From Thermomicrobiales bacterium (GTDB taxonomy: Bacteria; Chloroflexota; Chloroflexia; Thermomicrobiales; UBA6265): DNA of 64,000 nucleotides. The DNA lies in contig DAOUDE010000062.1 of NCBI GenBank assembly GCA_034431475.1, positions 21,192 through 85,191 of the forward strand, read 5' to 3'. The notes beneath the pieces were generated by a model. That model worked only from the letters and a program-made list of their open reading frames with translations, was not told the DNA's origin and made no database searches. Shown piece after piece: positions 55,635 through 63,779 of the stretch (the stretch's first letter is position 1; every line of letters starts with the position of its first letter). Made by a program: the position numbers and the translations under genes.

Positions 55635-55681
55635 TCCCTCACCCCAAACCCCTCTCCCGCGCACCGGGAGAGGGGTTTTCT
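55635..55681. terminator. palindromic repeat element acting as the probable coxM / aminotransferase terminator
   Basis: CCCTCACCCCAAA + AACCCCTCTCCC-GCGCACC-GGGAGAGGGGTT + TTTC, a 12-bp stem followed by a T-run. It lies between convergent genes and belongs to the same repeat family as 12328-12527. Confidence 0.7.
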
Positions 55682-55712
55682 TGTGCGTGGCGTGAGTCGG
55701 TTTCCGGCTCGT

Positions 55713-56885
55713 TTACTTCAGCTTCCGCAAGGCCTTCGCCGTCTGCTCCAGGCCCTCCTGGAAGAGATGCGGCGTGTTGCCGATGCCGATGCGCAGGTAG
55801 CCTTCATAGCCGAAGGCGGAACCGGGCGCGAGCATGACCGAGTACTCCTCGGCGAGCGTGTTGGCGAGGCCGGAGGAGGGGAGGTTCGCCTTGTACTTCA
55901 TCATCGCCAGCAGGCCACCCAGGGGCGGGTTCCAGGAGACGATGTCCGCGTTCTGCGCGAACCACGATTCCGCGAAGTCGAGGTTCTGGCCGACGATGCG
56001 CTTCGTACGCGCGGTGATCTGATCGCGGTGCCGGAACGCGATCACCGCCAGGGCATCGTTCAGCTTGCCCGGGCTGAGCGTGATGTAGTCGCGCATCCCC
56101 CAGCAGCGGCGCACAATCTCCTCCGGCGCGGCGATCCAGCCAGCACGCAGTCCCGGTAGGCCGAATGGCTTGGAAAACGTGCCGGTGCTGATGGCGCGTG
56201 GGCCGCGATCCCGCATCGGCCTCGCGAGCGGCGGCATACCCGGGAGTTCCAGCCAGCGGTAGGCCTCGTCGCTGAGTACCCAGGCATCGAGCGATTCGGC
56301 CAGGGCGTAGATCTCGTCCAGTTGCTCGTCGCTCAGCATGGCCCCGGTGGGGTTGTGCGGCGTGTTGATCACGATCAGCTTCGTGCCGGGCGTCGCCAGG
56401 GCTCGCAGGTCATCGAGGTCGTAGTGGAACGTGCCGTCGGTGCGCAGATGCCAGAGCGCGACATCGCAACCGATGGCGCGCGGCACGCTGTTCAGTTGCT
56501 GGTAGGCGGGCGCCACCGCCACCACGCGGTCACCAGGGTCGAGCAGTTCGTTGAAGAGCAGGTAGTTGGCCTCGATGGCGCCGGTGGTGATCAGGATTTC
56601 GTCCGGGCTGGTGGCGGTGTACGTCGCCGCAATCAGGCTGCGCAGCTCTTCGCTGCCCCGCGCCTCGCTGTACCCGAGGCGCGTGTCCAGCAACGCCTCC
56701 AGCGTTGCTTCACGCTCGTCAACCGGGACCAGGTTCACGATCTCACGCATGGTCATCGGGTAGATGCCGCTCTCGGCAATATCCCACTTGACCACCATCT
56801 CGTACTTCGTCATCCAGCGCTCAAGCTGGAATGGCTCGATCCTCACGTACGCTCCTCTTCGGATACGGTTGTCGTCAGCCGTCAT
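55713..56885 (-). CDS. class I/II pyridoxal-phosphate-dependent aminotransferase
   Basis: NTPHNPTGA, SDEAY and the TFSKPFGLPGLRAG (PLP-lysine) motifs. Confidence 0.85.
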   Translation of the reverse strand: MTADDNRIRRGAYVRIEPFQLERWMTKYEMVVKWDIAESGIYPMTMREIVNLVPVDEREATLEALLDTRLGYSEARGSEELRSLIAATYTATSPDEILITTGAIEANYLLFNELLDPGDRVVAVAPAYQQLNSVPRAIGCDVALWHLRTDGTFHYDLDDLRALATPGTKLIVINTPHNPTGAMLSDEQLDEIYALAESLDAWVLSDEAYRWLELPGMPPLARPMRDRGPRAISTGTFSKPFGLPGLRAGWIAAPEEIVRRCWGMRDYITLSPGKLNDALAVIAFRHRDQITARTKRIVGQNLDFAESWFAQNADIVSWNPPLGGLLAMMKYKANLPSSGLANTLAEEYSVMLAPGSAFGYEGYLRIGIGNTPHLFQEGLEQTAKALRKLK

Positions 56886-56974
56886 CGTACACGGTGGCTA
56901 TTGACGCGTCTGCGGCCAGTTCTTACGATCCCGCCATCGCGCCCACCTGGGCGGCGAGGAACAGGAGAGTGTCC

Positions 56975-58363
56975 GTGGCCCTGCAGGTAACCAGTACCGT
57001 TGATTCGCGAACGCGAGCCCAGATCGAGGCGGATGTGCTGGCCGACTACCGGGCCAGTTCGCCCCGCTCGGCGGCGCTGCACGAAGAAGCGCGCAAGGTC
57101 ATGCCCGGCGGTGATACACGCACGGTCGCCTTTCACGCGCCCTACCCGCTGAATGTCTCCGAGGGGCGCGGCTACGAGATCCACGACGCGGACGGCCGCG
57201 CCTACATTGACCTGCTCAACAACTACACCTCGCTCATTCATGGGCACGGCCACCCGGCGGTGGTCGCGGCAGTTGCGGCGCTCCTACCGACAGGAACCGC
57301 CTTCCCGGCCCCCAACACCTCGCAGACTCGCCTGGCGCAGATCATGACCGAGCGCGTGGCCTCGGTCGATATGATCCGCTTCTGCAACTCCGGCACGGAA
57401 GCGGGCATGAACGCCATCCGGGCGGCGCGCGCCTTCACGGGCCGCGACGTCATCGTGAAGATGGAGGGCGGCTACCACGGCACCTACGACGACGCCGAGG
57501 TCAGCGTGCATCCCGCGCCGGGCGATCCCGCTGCTGGCCCGGCGCACGCGCCGCAGGGGGTGCTGGATACCGCTGGCGTGCCGCAGAACACGCTGGAGAA
57601 CGTGCTCGTCACCCCGCTGAACGACATCGAGGCCATCGAGCGCCTGATGCGGGAGCGGGGCAGCGAAATCGCCGCCATCATCGTCGAGCCGGTCATGGGC
57701 TCCGCCGGGATGCTGCCCGCCGACCAGGAGTTCCTGGAGGCGTTGCGCGCCCTGACCATCGAAAACGATTCGCTGCTGATCTTCGACGAGGTGATGACCT
57801 TCCGGCTGGAGCCGGGTGGGGTGCAGGAGCACTACCGTGTGCGACCTGACCTGACCACCTTCGCCAAGATCATCGGCGGCGGCTTCCCGGTGGGAGCCTT
57901 CGGTGGCCGCGCCGAGGTCATGGAGCAGTTCGACCCGTCGCGTCCGGCGCCGCTCTGGCAATCGGGCACGTTCAACGGCAACCTGATCACCATGGCGGCT
58001 GGTGTCGCCGCGATGGAGGCGTACACCCCCAGCCAGGTGGCGCATATCAACGCGCTGGGCGAGCAATTGCGCTCGGGGCTGCGTGAACTGGTTGCCGAGC
58101 AGGGGATCATCGCTACCATCACCGGATACGGCTCGTTCGTGGGGGTTCACCTGGGTGTGGACAGCATCTCTTGTTACCGGGATGCAGCCCGCGCCGACAA
58201 GGGTCTGGCCCGGCTGCTTCACCTGGCGCTGCTGGGTGAGGGCATCTACGCCGCGCCGCGACTGATGATGTGCACCTCGACCCCAATGACCACCGAAACC
58301 ATCGAGACCGTTCTGGGCGGCTTCCGCCGCGCGGTGAAGGAGATTCGCCCGGCGCTCGTGTAG
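56975..58363 (+). CDS. class III aminotransferase (glutamate-1-semialdehyde 2,1-aminomutase-like)
   Basis: MPGGDTR, FCNSGTEAGMNAIRAARAFTGR, DEVMTFR and FAKIIGGGFPVGAFGG (PLP-lysine region). The GTG at 56975 follows AGGAG. Confidence 0.85.
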   Translation: MALQVTSTVDSRTRAQIEADVLADYRASSPRSAALHEEARKVMPGGDTRTVAFHAPYPLNVSEGRGYEIHDADGRAYIDLLNNYTSLIHGHGHPAVVAAVAALLPTGTAFPAPNTSQTRLAQIMTERVASVDMIRFCNSGTEAGMNAIRAARAFTGRDVIVKMEGGYHGTYDDAEVSVHPAPGDPAAGPAHAPQGVLDTAGVPQNTLENVLVTPLNDIEAIERLMRERGSEIAAIIVEPVMGSAGMLPADQEFLEALRALTIENDSLLIFDEVMTFRLEPGGVQEHYRVRPDLTTFAKIIGGGFPVGAFGGRAEVMEQFDPSRPAPLWQSGTFNGNLITMAAGVAAMEAYTPSQVAHINALGEQLRSGLRELVAEQGIIATITGYGSFVGVHLGVDSISCYRDAARADKGLARLLHLALLGEGIYAAPRLMMCTSTPMTTETIETVLGGFRRAVKEIRPALV

Positions 58364-58490
58364 GCGCAGTGCCAGGTATTTGTGCCCCGTCGCCGGGAGC
58401 GGAATCTTCCGCTCCCGGCGATGTCTGGTAAGTCCTGTTTTGCCTGAACGGACGTCGTGCTCTTGCGGGCGGGCGTTTTGTTGCCTTGTG

Positions 58491-58877
58491 CCGCCCACCC
58501 TTGGGTGTCATCCTGAGCTTGTCGAAGGATCTCGTTCCCAGCCGCGCAGGTCGGAGGCAGCCGCCCACCCTCGCGTGTCATCTCGAGTGGAGTCGAGTGA
58601 TCTTGGCGCTCCCGGCCGCAGCGGCTCGAAGTCGCCGCGAACGTTGGGTGCAGGCATCGTCGCCTGGCGGTGATCCAGGCCGAGATCTCTCGACTCCGCT
58701 CGAGATGACACATGGAGTGAGTGGCGACCTCGGGCCGGGTTGGCCGGGGACGAGATCCTTCGACAAGCTCAGGATGACACCCGAGGGTGGCGGTGGAGTA
58801 GGAACTGGCTGAGTGCGATGGGCCTTTGCTGGTGCGAGTCTGGGCCGAGATCCTTCGCCGGCGGGCTCAGGATGACA
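58491..58877. repeat. cluster of five copies of a ~30-45-bp repeat arranged as nested inverted repeats (MITE/REP-like)
   Basis: Copy 1 (58506-58534, TGTCATCCTGAGCTTGTCGAAGGATCTCG) is the perfect reverse complement of copy 4 (58751-58779). Copy 2 (58576-58603) matches the reverse complement of copy 3 (58683-58710) with 2 mismatches. Copy 5 lies at 58847-58877. The flanks CCGCCCACCC / GGGTGGCGG extend the pairing. Confidence 0.8.
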
Positions 58878-58948
58878 CGGGAGGGACACGGCACCGAGTA
58901 GGGCGGATGACGTCATTGCCTCGCGCATACCCCGAACCCGGCCCTGCT

Positions 58949-59239
58949 TCACGCTGCCTGCGCGTACCACTGGTCATCGAGCAGGTCCTGAAAGAGCGTG
59001 AACGCCGCACCATCGGCCAGCAGGAGCTGGAAATAGCGACGCCGGACCGGCAGGGGCCGCCACCACTCCGTTTCCACCAGCCAGCTATCCAGCACCTCCG
59101 CCACCTCCCGCCAGCGCTGCCGGGTACAGATGCGCTGCGGAGCACCGCTCCGGGCGTGCAGCGTAACCTCGATGGGGGAGGGGAGCTTCAGGGTGTGAAC
59201 GCGATCAGGGCGTGCTGCCGCTCGGGAAGATGGGACCAT
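58949..59239 (-). CDS. small protein resembling the C-terminal domain of ImuB-type proteins (DUF6504-like)
   Basis: WLVETEWWRPLPVRRRYFQLLLADGAAFTLFQDLLDDQWYAQ resembles the W..WW...R.Y pattern I recall for this domain. It overlaps the upstream gene by 52 nt in another frame. Confidence 0.5.
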   Translation of the reverse strand: MVPSSRAAARPDRVHTLKLPSPIEVTLHARSGAPQRICTRQRWREVAEVLDSWLVETEWWRPLPVRRRYFQLLLADGAAFTLFQDLLDDQWYAQAA

Positions 59240-60381
59240 GGTTCAACCTCCACGACCTGGAACAGGCCGGATGCGCCGCCAAAACGCTGCGCCAACTCCT
59301 GGCAGGCGCCCTCCAGGTGCGCGCGGCGCTGCGCGGCGAAGCCGGGCAACTGCTCCTGGCGACTGGCGGCGTTGGTCAGCCCGGAGAGCTCCAGCGCCAG
59401 CGCCTCCACCGGGCCCGGCAGCTCCACATCCTGCAGGCGGTAGCGCAGCGCCTGGTTCACGCGCTGCTCCCGGCCCGGGTTGCGCAGCGTGACCGTGTGC
59501 TCCCACGACTGCCCGCCCTCCAGCAGGGCCTGGAGCCGCACCTGGCGCGCGTGGCGCCGCTGCAGGCGCGGCTGGGCAAAGGCGCGCGTGAGCAGGCGAG
59601 TGATGGCGACCAGCAGCATCTCGCGCGTGGTCACCGGCGCAGGCAGCACCAGGTGGACAGTGATGACCTCCGGCCGCTCCCGGCCCCGCACCGGCTCGTC
59701 CTGCTCCCCGTGCGCCAGTTGCCAGGCATAGTGGCCATCCCGGCCGAAGCGAGCCGCGACGGCGCTCGGCTTGAGCGCGGCAAAGGCCCCCAGGGTGCGG
59801 ACCCCCATGCGCTCCAGGCTGCGCAGCCTGGTGGGCGCCAGCGGCAGCAGGCTGATCGGCGCCTGGGCAAAGATCTGCGTTTGCCGGGCCGCGTCCATCA
59901 CCTCCACGCCGCCCGGGCGCGCGTGATACGCGGCCACGATGGCGGGGAAGCGCCCCTCCGCCACGCCCGCGCGCGGGCGCAGGATGGCCGGCATGGTGCG
60001 CAGGAGCCGTTCCGCTGCGTGCGGCGGCGGGCCCAGGCGGCGCTCCATGCCCGTGAGGTCGATCAGGTAGCGCCCGGGTTCCGGCGCGACCCCGACTGCC
60101 GGCACGAGCCGCTCCAGTCCGGCGATGATGCGCTCCGCAGCGGCCTGCTCGCGGAGCGGGTGCGGCGTGATGATGCGGGCCTCCGGACAGAGAGCCAGCG
60201 CTTCCCGCAGCCCCTGCCCGGCGCGGACACCGCTCCGTCGCGCCTCGGGCGTGGCGTCCTGCACCACGGGGCGCTCGCCCGGCGCTGGCCCCAGGATGAG
60301 CGGTTGCCCATCCAGGTGCGGCTGCTCCAGCAGCGCAACGCGCAGCGCAAAGTGCGGTATGACAATGGCAGTTATGGCCAT
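59188..60381 (-). CDS. Y-family DNA polymerase-like protein, ImuB-type (catalytic acidic residues apparently absent)
   Basis: The N-terminus AIVIPHFALRVALLEQP stands in place of the DxD...F motif of active DinB. The little-finger region LLPLAPTRLRSLERMGVRTLGAF is an HhH-like segment typical of Y-family/ImuB proteins. Confidence 0.72.
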   Translation of the reverse strand: MAITAIVIPHFALRVALLEQPHLDGQPLILGPAPGERPVVQDATPEARRSGVRAGQGLREALALCPEARIITPHPLREQAAAERIIAGLERLVPAVGVAPEPGRYLIDLTGMERRLGPPPHAAERLLRTMPAILRPRAGVAEGRFPAIVAAYHARPGGVEVMDAARQTQIFAQAPISLLPLAPTRLRSLERMGVRTLGAFAALKPSAVAARFGRDGHYAWQLAHGEQDEPVRGRERPEVITVHLVLPAPVTTREMLLVAITRLLTRAFAQPRLQRRHARQVRLQALLEGGQSWEHTVTLRNPGREQRVNQALRYRLQDVELPGPVEALALELSGLTNAASRQEQLPGFAAQRRAHLEGACQELAQRFGGASGLFQVVEVEPWSHLPERQHALIAFTP

Positions 60382-60442
60382 GATGTGCCTCGTTTCCCAT
60401 CAGGAGCCAGCGCTCCGCCCCGGCTCTCATCCCACGGGTATT

Positions 60443-60456
60443 AGAACATATGATCT
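60443..60456. promoter_or_regulatory. SOS-box-like near-palindrome AGAACATATGATCT (Cheo-box type GAAC-N4-GTTC, one half-site mismatch)
   Basis: Located 62-75 nt upstream of the ImuB-like start and in the divergent region to ORF 60566. 12 of 14 positions are self-complementary. Confidence 0.4.
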
Positions 60457-60565
60457 ATTTCAGGGGAGGTCAAGAGCGCCTGCGGTGTGCCATACAGATA
60501 TGGGAGGGCCGGGGGGAAGCCGCGCGGGTAAAGTTGGGTGCGGAACTGATCCGGCATAACGTACG

Positions 60566-60883
60566 GTGGTGGTAAGGCAAATGACCCAGGAACCGGCAGG
60601 CGAGACCGGCATGGCGGCAGGGGCCGAGAACTGCTTGCTGCTGATTGCCCAGGCAGAGGGCATCGTGCAGCTTTCGCGCCGCAGCGCGTGGCCGCTCCCC
60701 GCGGACGAACGCGCGGCGCTGCTCACGGACGACGTGCTGCGCCGGCTGGCCTCGCTGTCAGATGGCCGCCTCCTGGCGCAGCGGCTCTTCAGCGAAGAGT
60801 ATCTGGCCGATTTTCGCGCCCGCTATCCCCGCGAGTCCGCGCTGCTCGAGCGCGTCCAGGTCTCGCGGGCAAACGAGGGGTAA
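60566..60883 (+). CDS. hypothetical protein (about 90-105 aa)
   Basis: Strong GC3 bias. Divergent from the ImuB-like gene. Alternative starts at 60581 and 60611. No family recognised. Confidence 0.5.
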   Translation: MVVRQMTQEPAGETGMAAGAENCLLLIAQAEGIVQLSRRSAWPLPADERAALLTDDVLRRLASLSDGRLLAQRLFSEEYLADFRARYPRESALLERVQVSRANEG

Positions 60884-60923
60884 CCCGGACCGCGTGGAGA
60901 TCGCGAGCGCGAATACTTCGCGA

Positions 60924-61319
60924 TCAGGCCGGGAGCACTTCCGAGACGGTCCGCAGCAGATCGGGGAAGGCGAACGGCCTGCGCAGCACGCGCACCCCGA
61001 GGCGATCCAGGTTGAAATCCATGATCGGTTGGGTGAACCGCTCACCGGCAACCGGACACAGGATCAGGGGAATGTGCATGAGGTCCGGGTCGAGCCGGAC
61101 CTGGCTGAGGAAGTGCCAGCAAGGCTCTCGCACGCCCGCGACAACCAGATCCTGCACGATGAGATCGGGCATGAGGATCTTGATGCGCGGACACTCCAGG
61201 GGCGTCACGGAGTAGGAGACCCGGTAGCCCGCCTCGGCGAGCAGTGTGGGCAGGCCGTCAATCATCGCCTGCGCGTCGTTGATCACGAGGATGTGCGCCT
61301 GTGGCGTTGCAGGAAGCAT
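60924..61319 (-). CDS. stand-alone receiver-domain protein with atypical active-site residues
   Basis: CheY-like pattern HILVINDAQ...PDLIVQDL...IPLILCP...LRRPF. By hand alignment to CheY the acidic pair is N-D, T87 is replaced by P/C, and K109 by R. The ATG at 61319 is preferred over the track start. Confidence 0.7.
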   Translation of the reverse strand: MLPATPQAHILVINDAQAMIDGLPTLLAEAGYRVSYSVTPLECPRIKILMPDLIVQDLVVAGVREPCWHFLSQVRLDPDLMHIPLILCPVAGERFTQPIMDFNLDRLGVRVLRRPFAFPDLLRTVSEVLPA

Positions 61320-61460
61320 CGGCGTGGCCTTTCTGGCGTGGGAGCGCCCGGCCAGCACGATGCAGGAACGCTTGGCGCCCCCGACCCACGGCAGGGGCAC
61401 GCATATCCCGTGCCCGCGCGGGCCGCGGTCACGTACCGAAAGGCGGGGCCATCGAGACGA

Positions 61461-61961
61461 TTACTGCCCACTCAAGCCACTGATCTCGATCGTCTTGGTC
61501 CACAACGTCAAATCTGCGGACGGCGTCACGGTTACGGTCCCGGTCGCTCCCAGGTACCGCCCAGAGCCGCCGACGATGGTGCGGACGGAGGGGACTGGCT
61601 CGCCCGGCTGGAGGCCCTGCATTTCCAGGGTGCTTCCGTCCGGGAAAATGATCGTCTCATTGAGCAGGCAATCGAAATGTGTGTTCAGCCCGATGCACGA
61701 GCCCTGCGTGACCGCGCCCGTATCCGTGGTGTTCGTCTCATCGAAGAGTGGGTTCGGCCCCCAGACCCGGATGTCTCCGGCTGATGGGCCGTCATCACCG
61801 AAACGATCAACGATCGTCCCAGCGGACTCGACCAGAATGATGATCGCGGTACTACCAGCGGCAGCCGGGGTGGCATCCTGGGCGCCGGTGCGAGAGGACC
61901 AGTAGCCCCCGGCAACGAAGGCCAAGGCGAGCAACGGGATCAGGAGCAGGGAACGAGCCAT
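61461..61961 (-). CDS. secreted small beta-barrel protein (dirigent / allene-oxide-cyclase-like pattern)
   Basis: Strong SD (AAGGAGG) before the ATG at 61961. Signal peptide MARSLLLIPLLALAFVAGG. FPDGSTLEMQG...TIVGGSGRYLGATGTVTV resembles the dirigent-like C-terminal motif. Confidence 0.65.
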   Translation of the reverse strand: MARSLLLIPLLALAFVAGGYWSSRTGAQDATPAAAGSTAIIILVESAGTIVDRFGDDGPSAGDIRVWGPNPLFDETNTTDTGAVTQGSCIGLNTHFDCLLNETIIFPDGSTLEMQGLQPGEPVPSVRTIVGGSGRYLGATGTVTVTPSADLTLWTKTIEISGLSGQ

Positions 61962-62614
61962 CAGATCCTCCTTGGACCTTCGACACAGCGGGGGAGCAAT
62001 GTCATCGTACCCGAGCGCTCCTCGCATCAACTGCGGAAATGAATTGCTGCTGAAATCCAGGAATACTGCTGGTACCCTTACCACTCGCTCACGCGCGCAA
62101 AACGATAGGTCGTGTTCCGATGCGCTCAGGAAGTCTTGTGGCGCGGAGACATCGCATCTTTGGCTCTGCCGACCTGGCGCTCTCCTGAGCCCTGCACCGA
62201 TTCCCGGAACCGCATGCCTGGTGCTCGGTCATTGTGGCCGCGTTCAAGGTTGGACCCTGTCTGACCGGCAGCCAGGGTGTCCCACCAGACACGCCCACAC
62301 GCGAATCCGCAGGGCCAGGGCCCGCCAAACCTGACCAACGGCCGGTTCATGACCCAGTACCAACCGGATATCGAAAACGCACACTCAATTCGCCAATTGC
62401 GGTTATGATCTGGATGAGAACCGGACGCACCCGGAAAGTTCTCAACACAACTTGCCGGTCACAGGAATATCTGCAACCAGCAATCAGACGGGAAAACGCC
62501 AATGAATCAACGCCAAATTCAGCATGGCTGCTTGTGGGTTCGTTCCCGAATCTCTCCGGTTGTCAACCTCCGTGGCAATCGTTGCCTTCGAAATCATGTG
62601 ATACCGACAGACCG

Positions 62615-63010
62615 ATGATAGAATCCGGTTCAGAACCCGGTTGGCTTTCGGTTGCCGAAGCGTCGCGCGCTCTTGGCATCAGCGAAACCGCGGTGCGGAA
62701 ACGGATTCGCGTGGGCGCCATTCCCACACGTGAGTACCGGGGGCGAAAGGAGGTTCGCATCTCGGTTGGTATCCGCGATGAGCCGAGTTCGCAACCAAAT
62801 CCACTCGTCAAGCTTGATCACGAGCTTGGCCAGGAATTGGGGCGGTTGAAAGGAGAACTGGCCGAGCTTCGAGATCGACTGGTCGAAGTGCAACGTGACC
62901 GTGATCGATGGCACCAGTTGGCGATGGAAACCCGCGAGGAAGCACGAGCAGCCGAGGCAGAACGTGCAGCTCTGGAGCGAGAGTTGCGACTCTTGCTTGC
63001 TAGAACCTAG
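62615..63010 (+). CDS. excisionase/MerR-type helix-turn-helix protein with C-terminal coiled coil
   Basis: WLSVAEASRALGISETAVRKRIRVGAIPT is an HTH_17-like motif. The C-terminal segment LGRLKGELAELRDRLVEVQRDRDRWHQLAMETREEARAAEAERAALERELRLLL is heptad-rich. It lies in a lower-GC segment. Confidence 0.65.
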   Translation: MIESGSEPGWLSVAEASRALGISETAVRKRIRVGAIPTREYRGRKEVRISVGIRDEPSSQPNPLVKLDHELGQELGRLKGELAELRDRLVEVQRDRDRWHQLAMETREEARAAEAERAALERELRLLLART

Positions 63011-63779
63011 TCGACCTGAATTTGCAGCATCCCCCGCATAGCCGTGTTGGTAGAGATGGCAGCAGCCAGTGGCCTCCCAGGGAGCGCCACAACGATGGGG
63101 GTGAGGGAATGGGACACGCCAGGTGGGGAAATCTGTTGAAGCCCTGGCCCTCGGAGTCCACGATGCGTTTGCCGACAGAGGACGCATTACCGTCGGTCTG
63201 TTTTCGCAGGTTCAACTCGGCACGCACGGCAGCGAACTGTTTGTCGTTGCGAGCGGTCCTGAAATCGGTGGCAAGAGCGTTCGCACGTCCTCACAACGTC
63301 AAACCAGTTTGGAAGAGCAATGCTCCCTACCACTTGGACCGTTCATTCAGCACCTGGAAGTAGGACGGCGCGCTGGCTGAAGGAGCGCACATTCCACGCC
63401 GCGCAGGTCAGTCATTGGCCGTTCCCGTCACATTTGCGAAATCGTCGCGCTGTTCAGGTGGGAGTTGTGTGCTGAGGATGCCTCGTGAGGCGTCGGAATC
63501 GAGCTGCCTGGAGGCAAGTGCCCAGGGATACATGCCTGCGCAACAGCTTTCTCATGGCGCTCGATGGATGGGAATCAGGCTCGGGCAGATCCCGCGTGGC
63601 CTGGCTGCTCCTCCACGCAGGGCATCAGGGCTGGGCGGGCCGGCAGCATTTGCACCCGATTTTCCGGCCTGAAACGAGCCTCACCGGAACACATGGCACC
63701 AGAATGGCACCACCGGCAACAAGTGAACCTCTGAATTGAAACAGCGTCTCACACGCGTGGCGTATCCATGCGGTTTTCG

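Noticed and set aside
58491-58877. Possible CRISPR array
   Set aside because: The repeats occur in both orientations (a nested inverted arrangement). Spacing is irregular (about 40-75 bp of partly related sequence), there are only five copies, and no cas genes are present. This is not CRISPR architecture.
59212-60444. 410-aa plus-strand and 395-aa alternative-frame minus-strand ORFs covering the ImuB-like gene
   Set aside because: Their composition is extreme Arg/Ala/Gly/Pro and they have no motifs. The third frame gives a recognisable Y-family/ImuB-like protein.
60645-61784. 379-aa plus-strand ORF
   Set aside because: It runs antisense through the receiver-domain gene and the secreted barrel gene, both of which have motifs, an SD and a signal peptide. 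It also overlaps the better-supported small ORF 60566..60883 in another frame.
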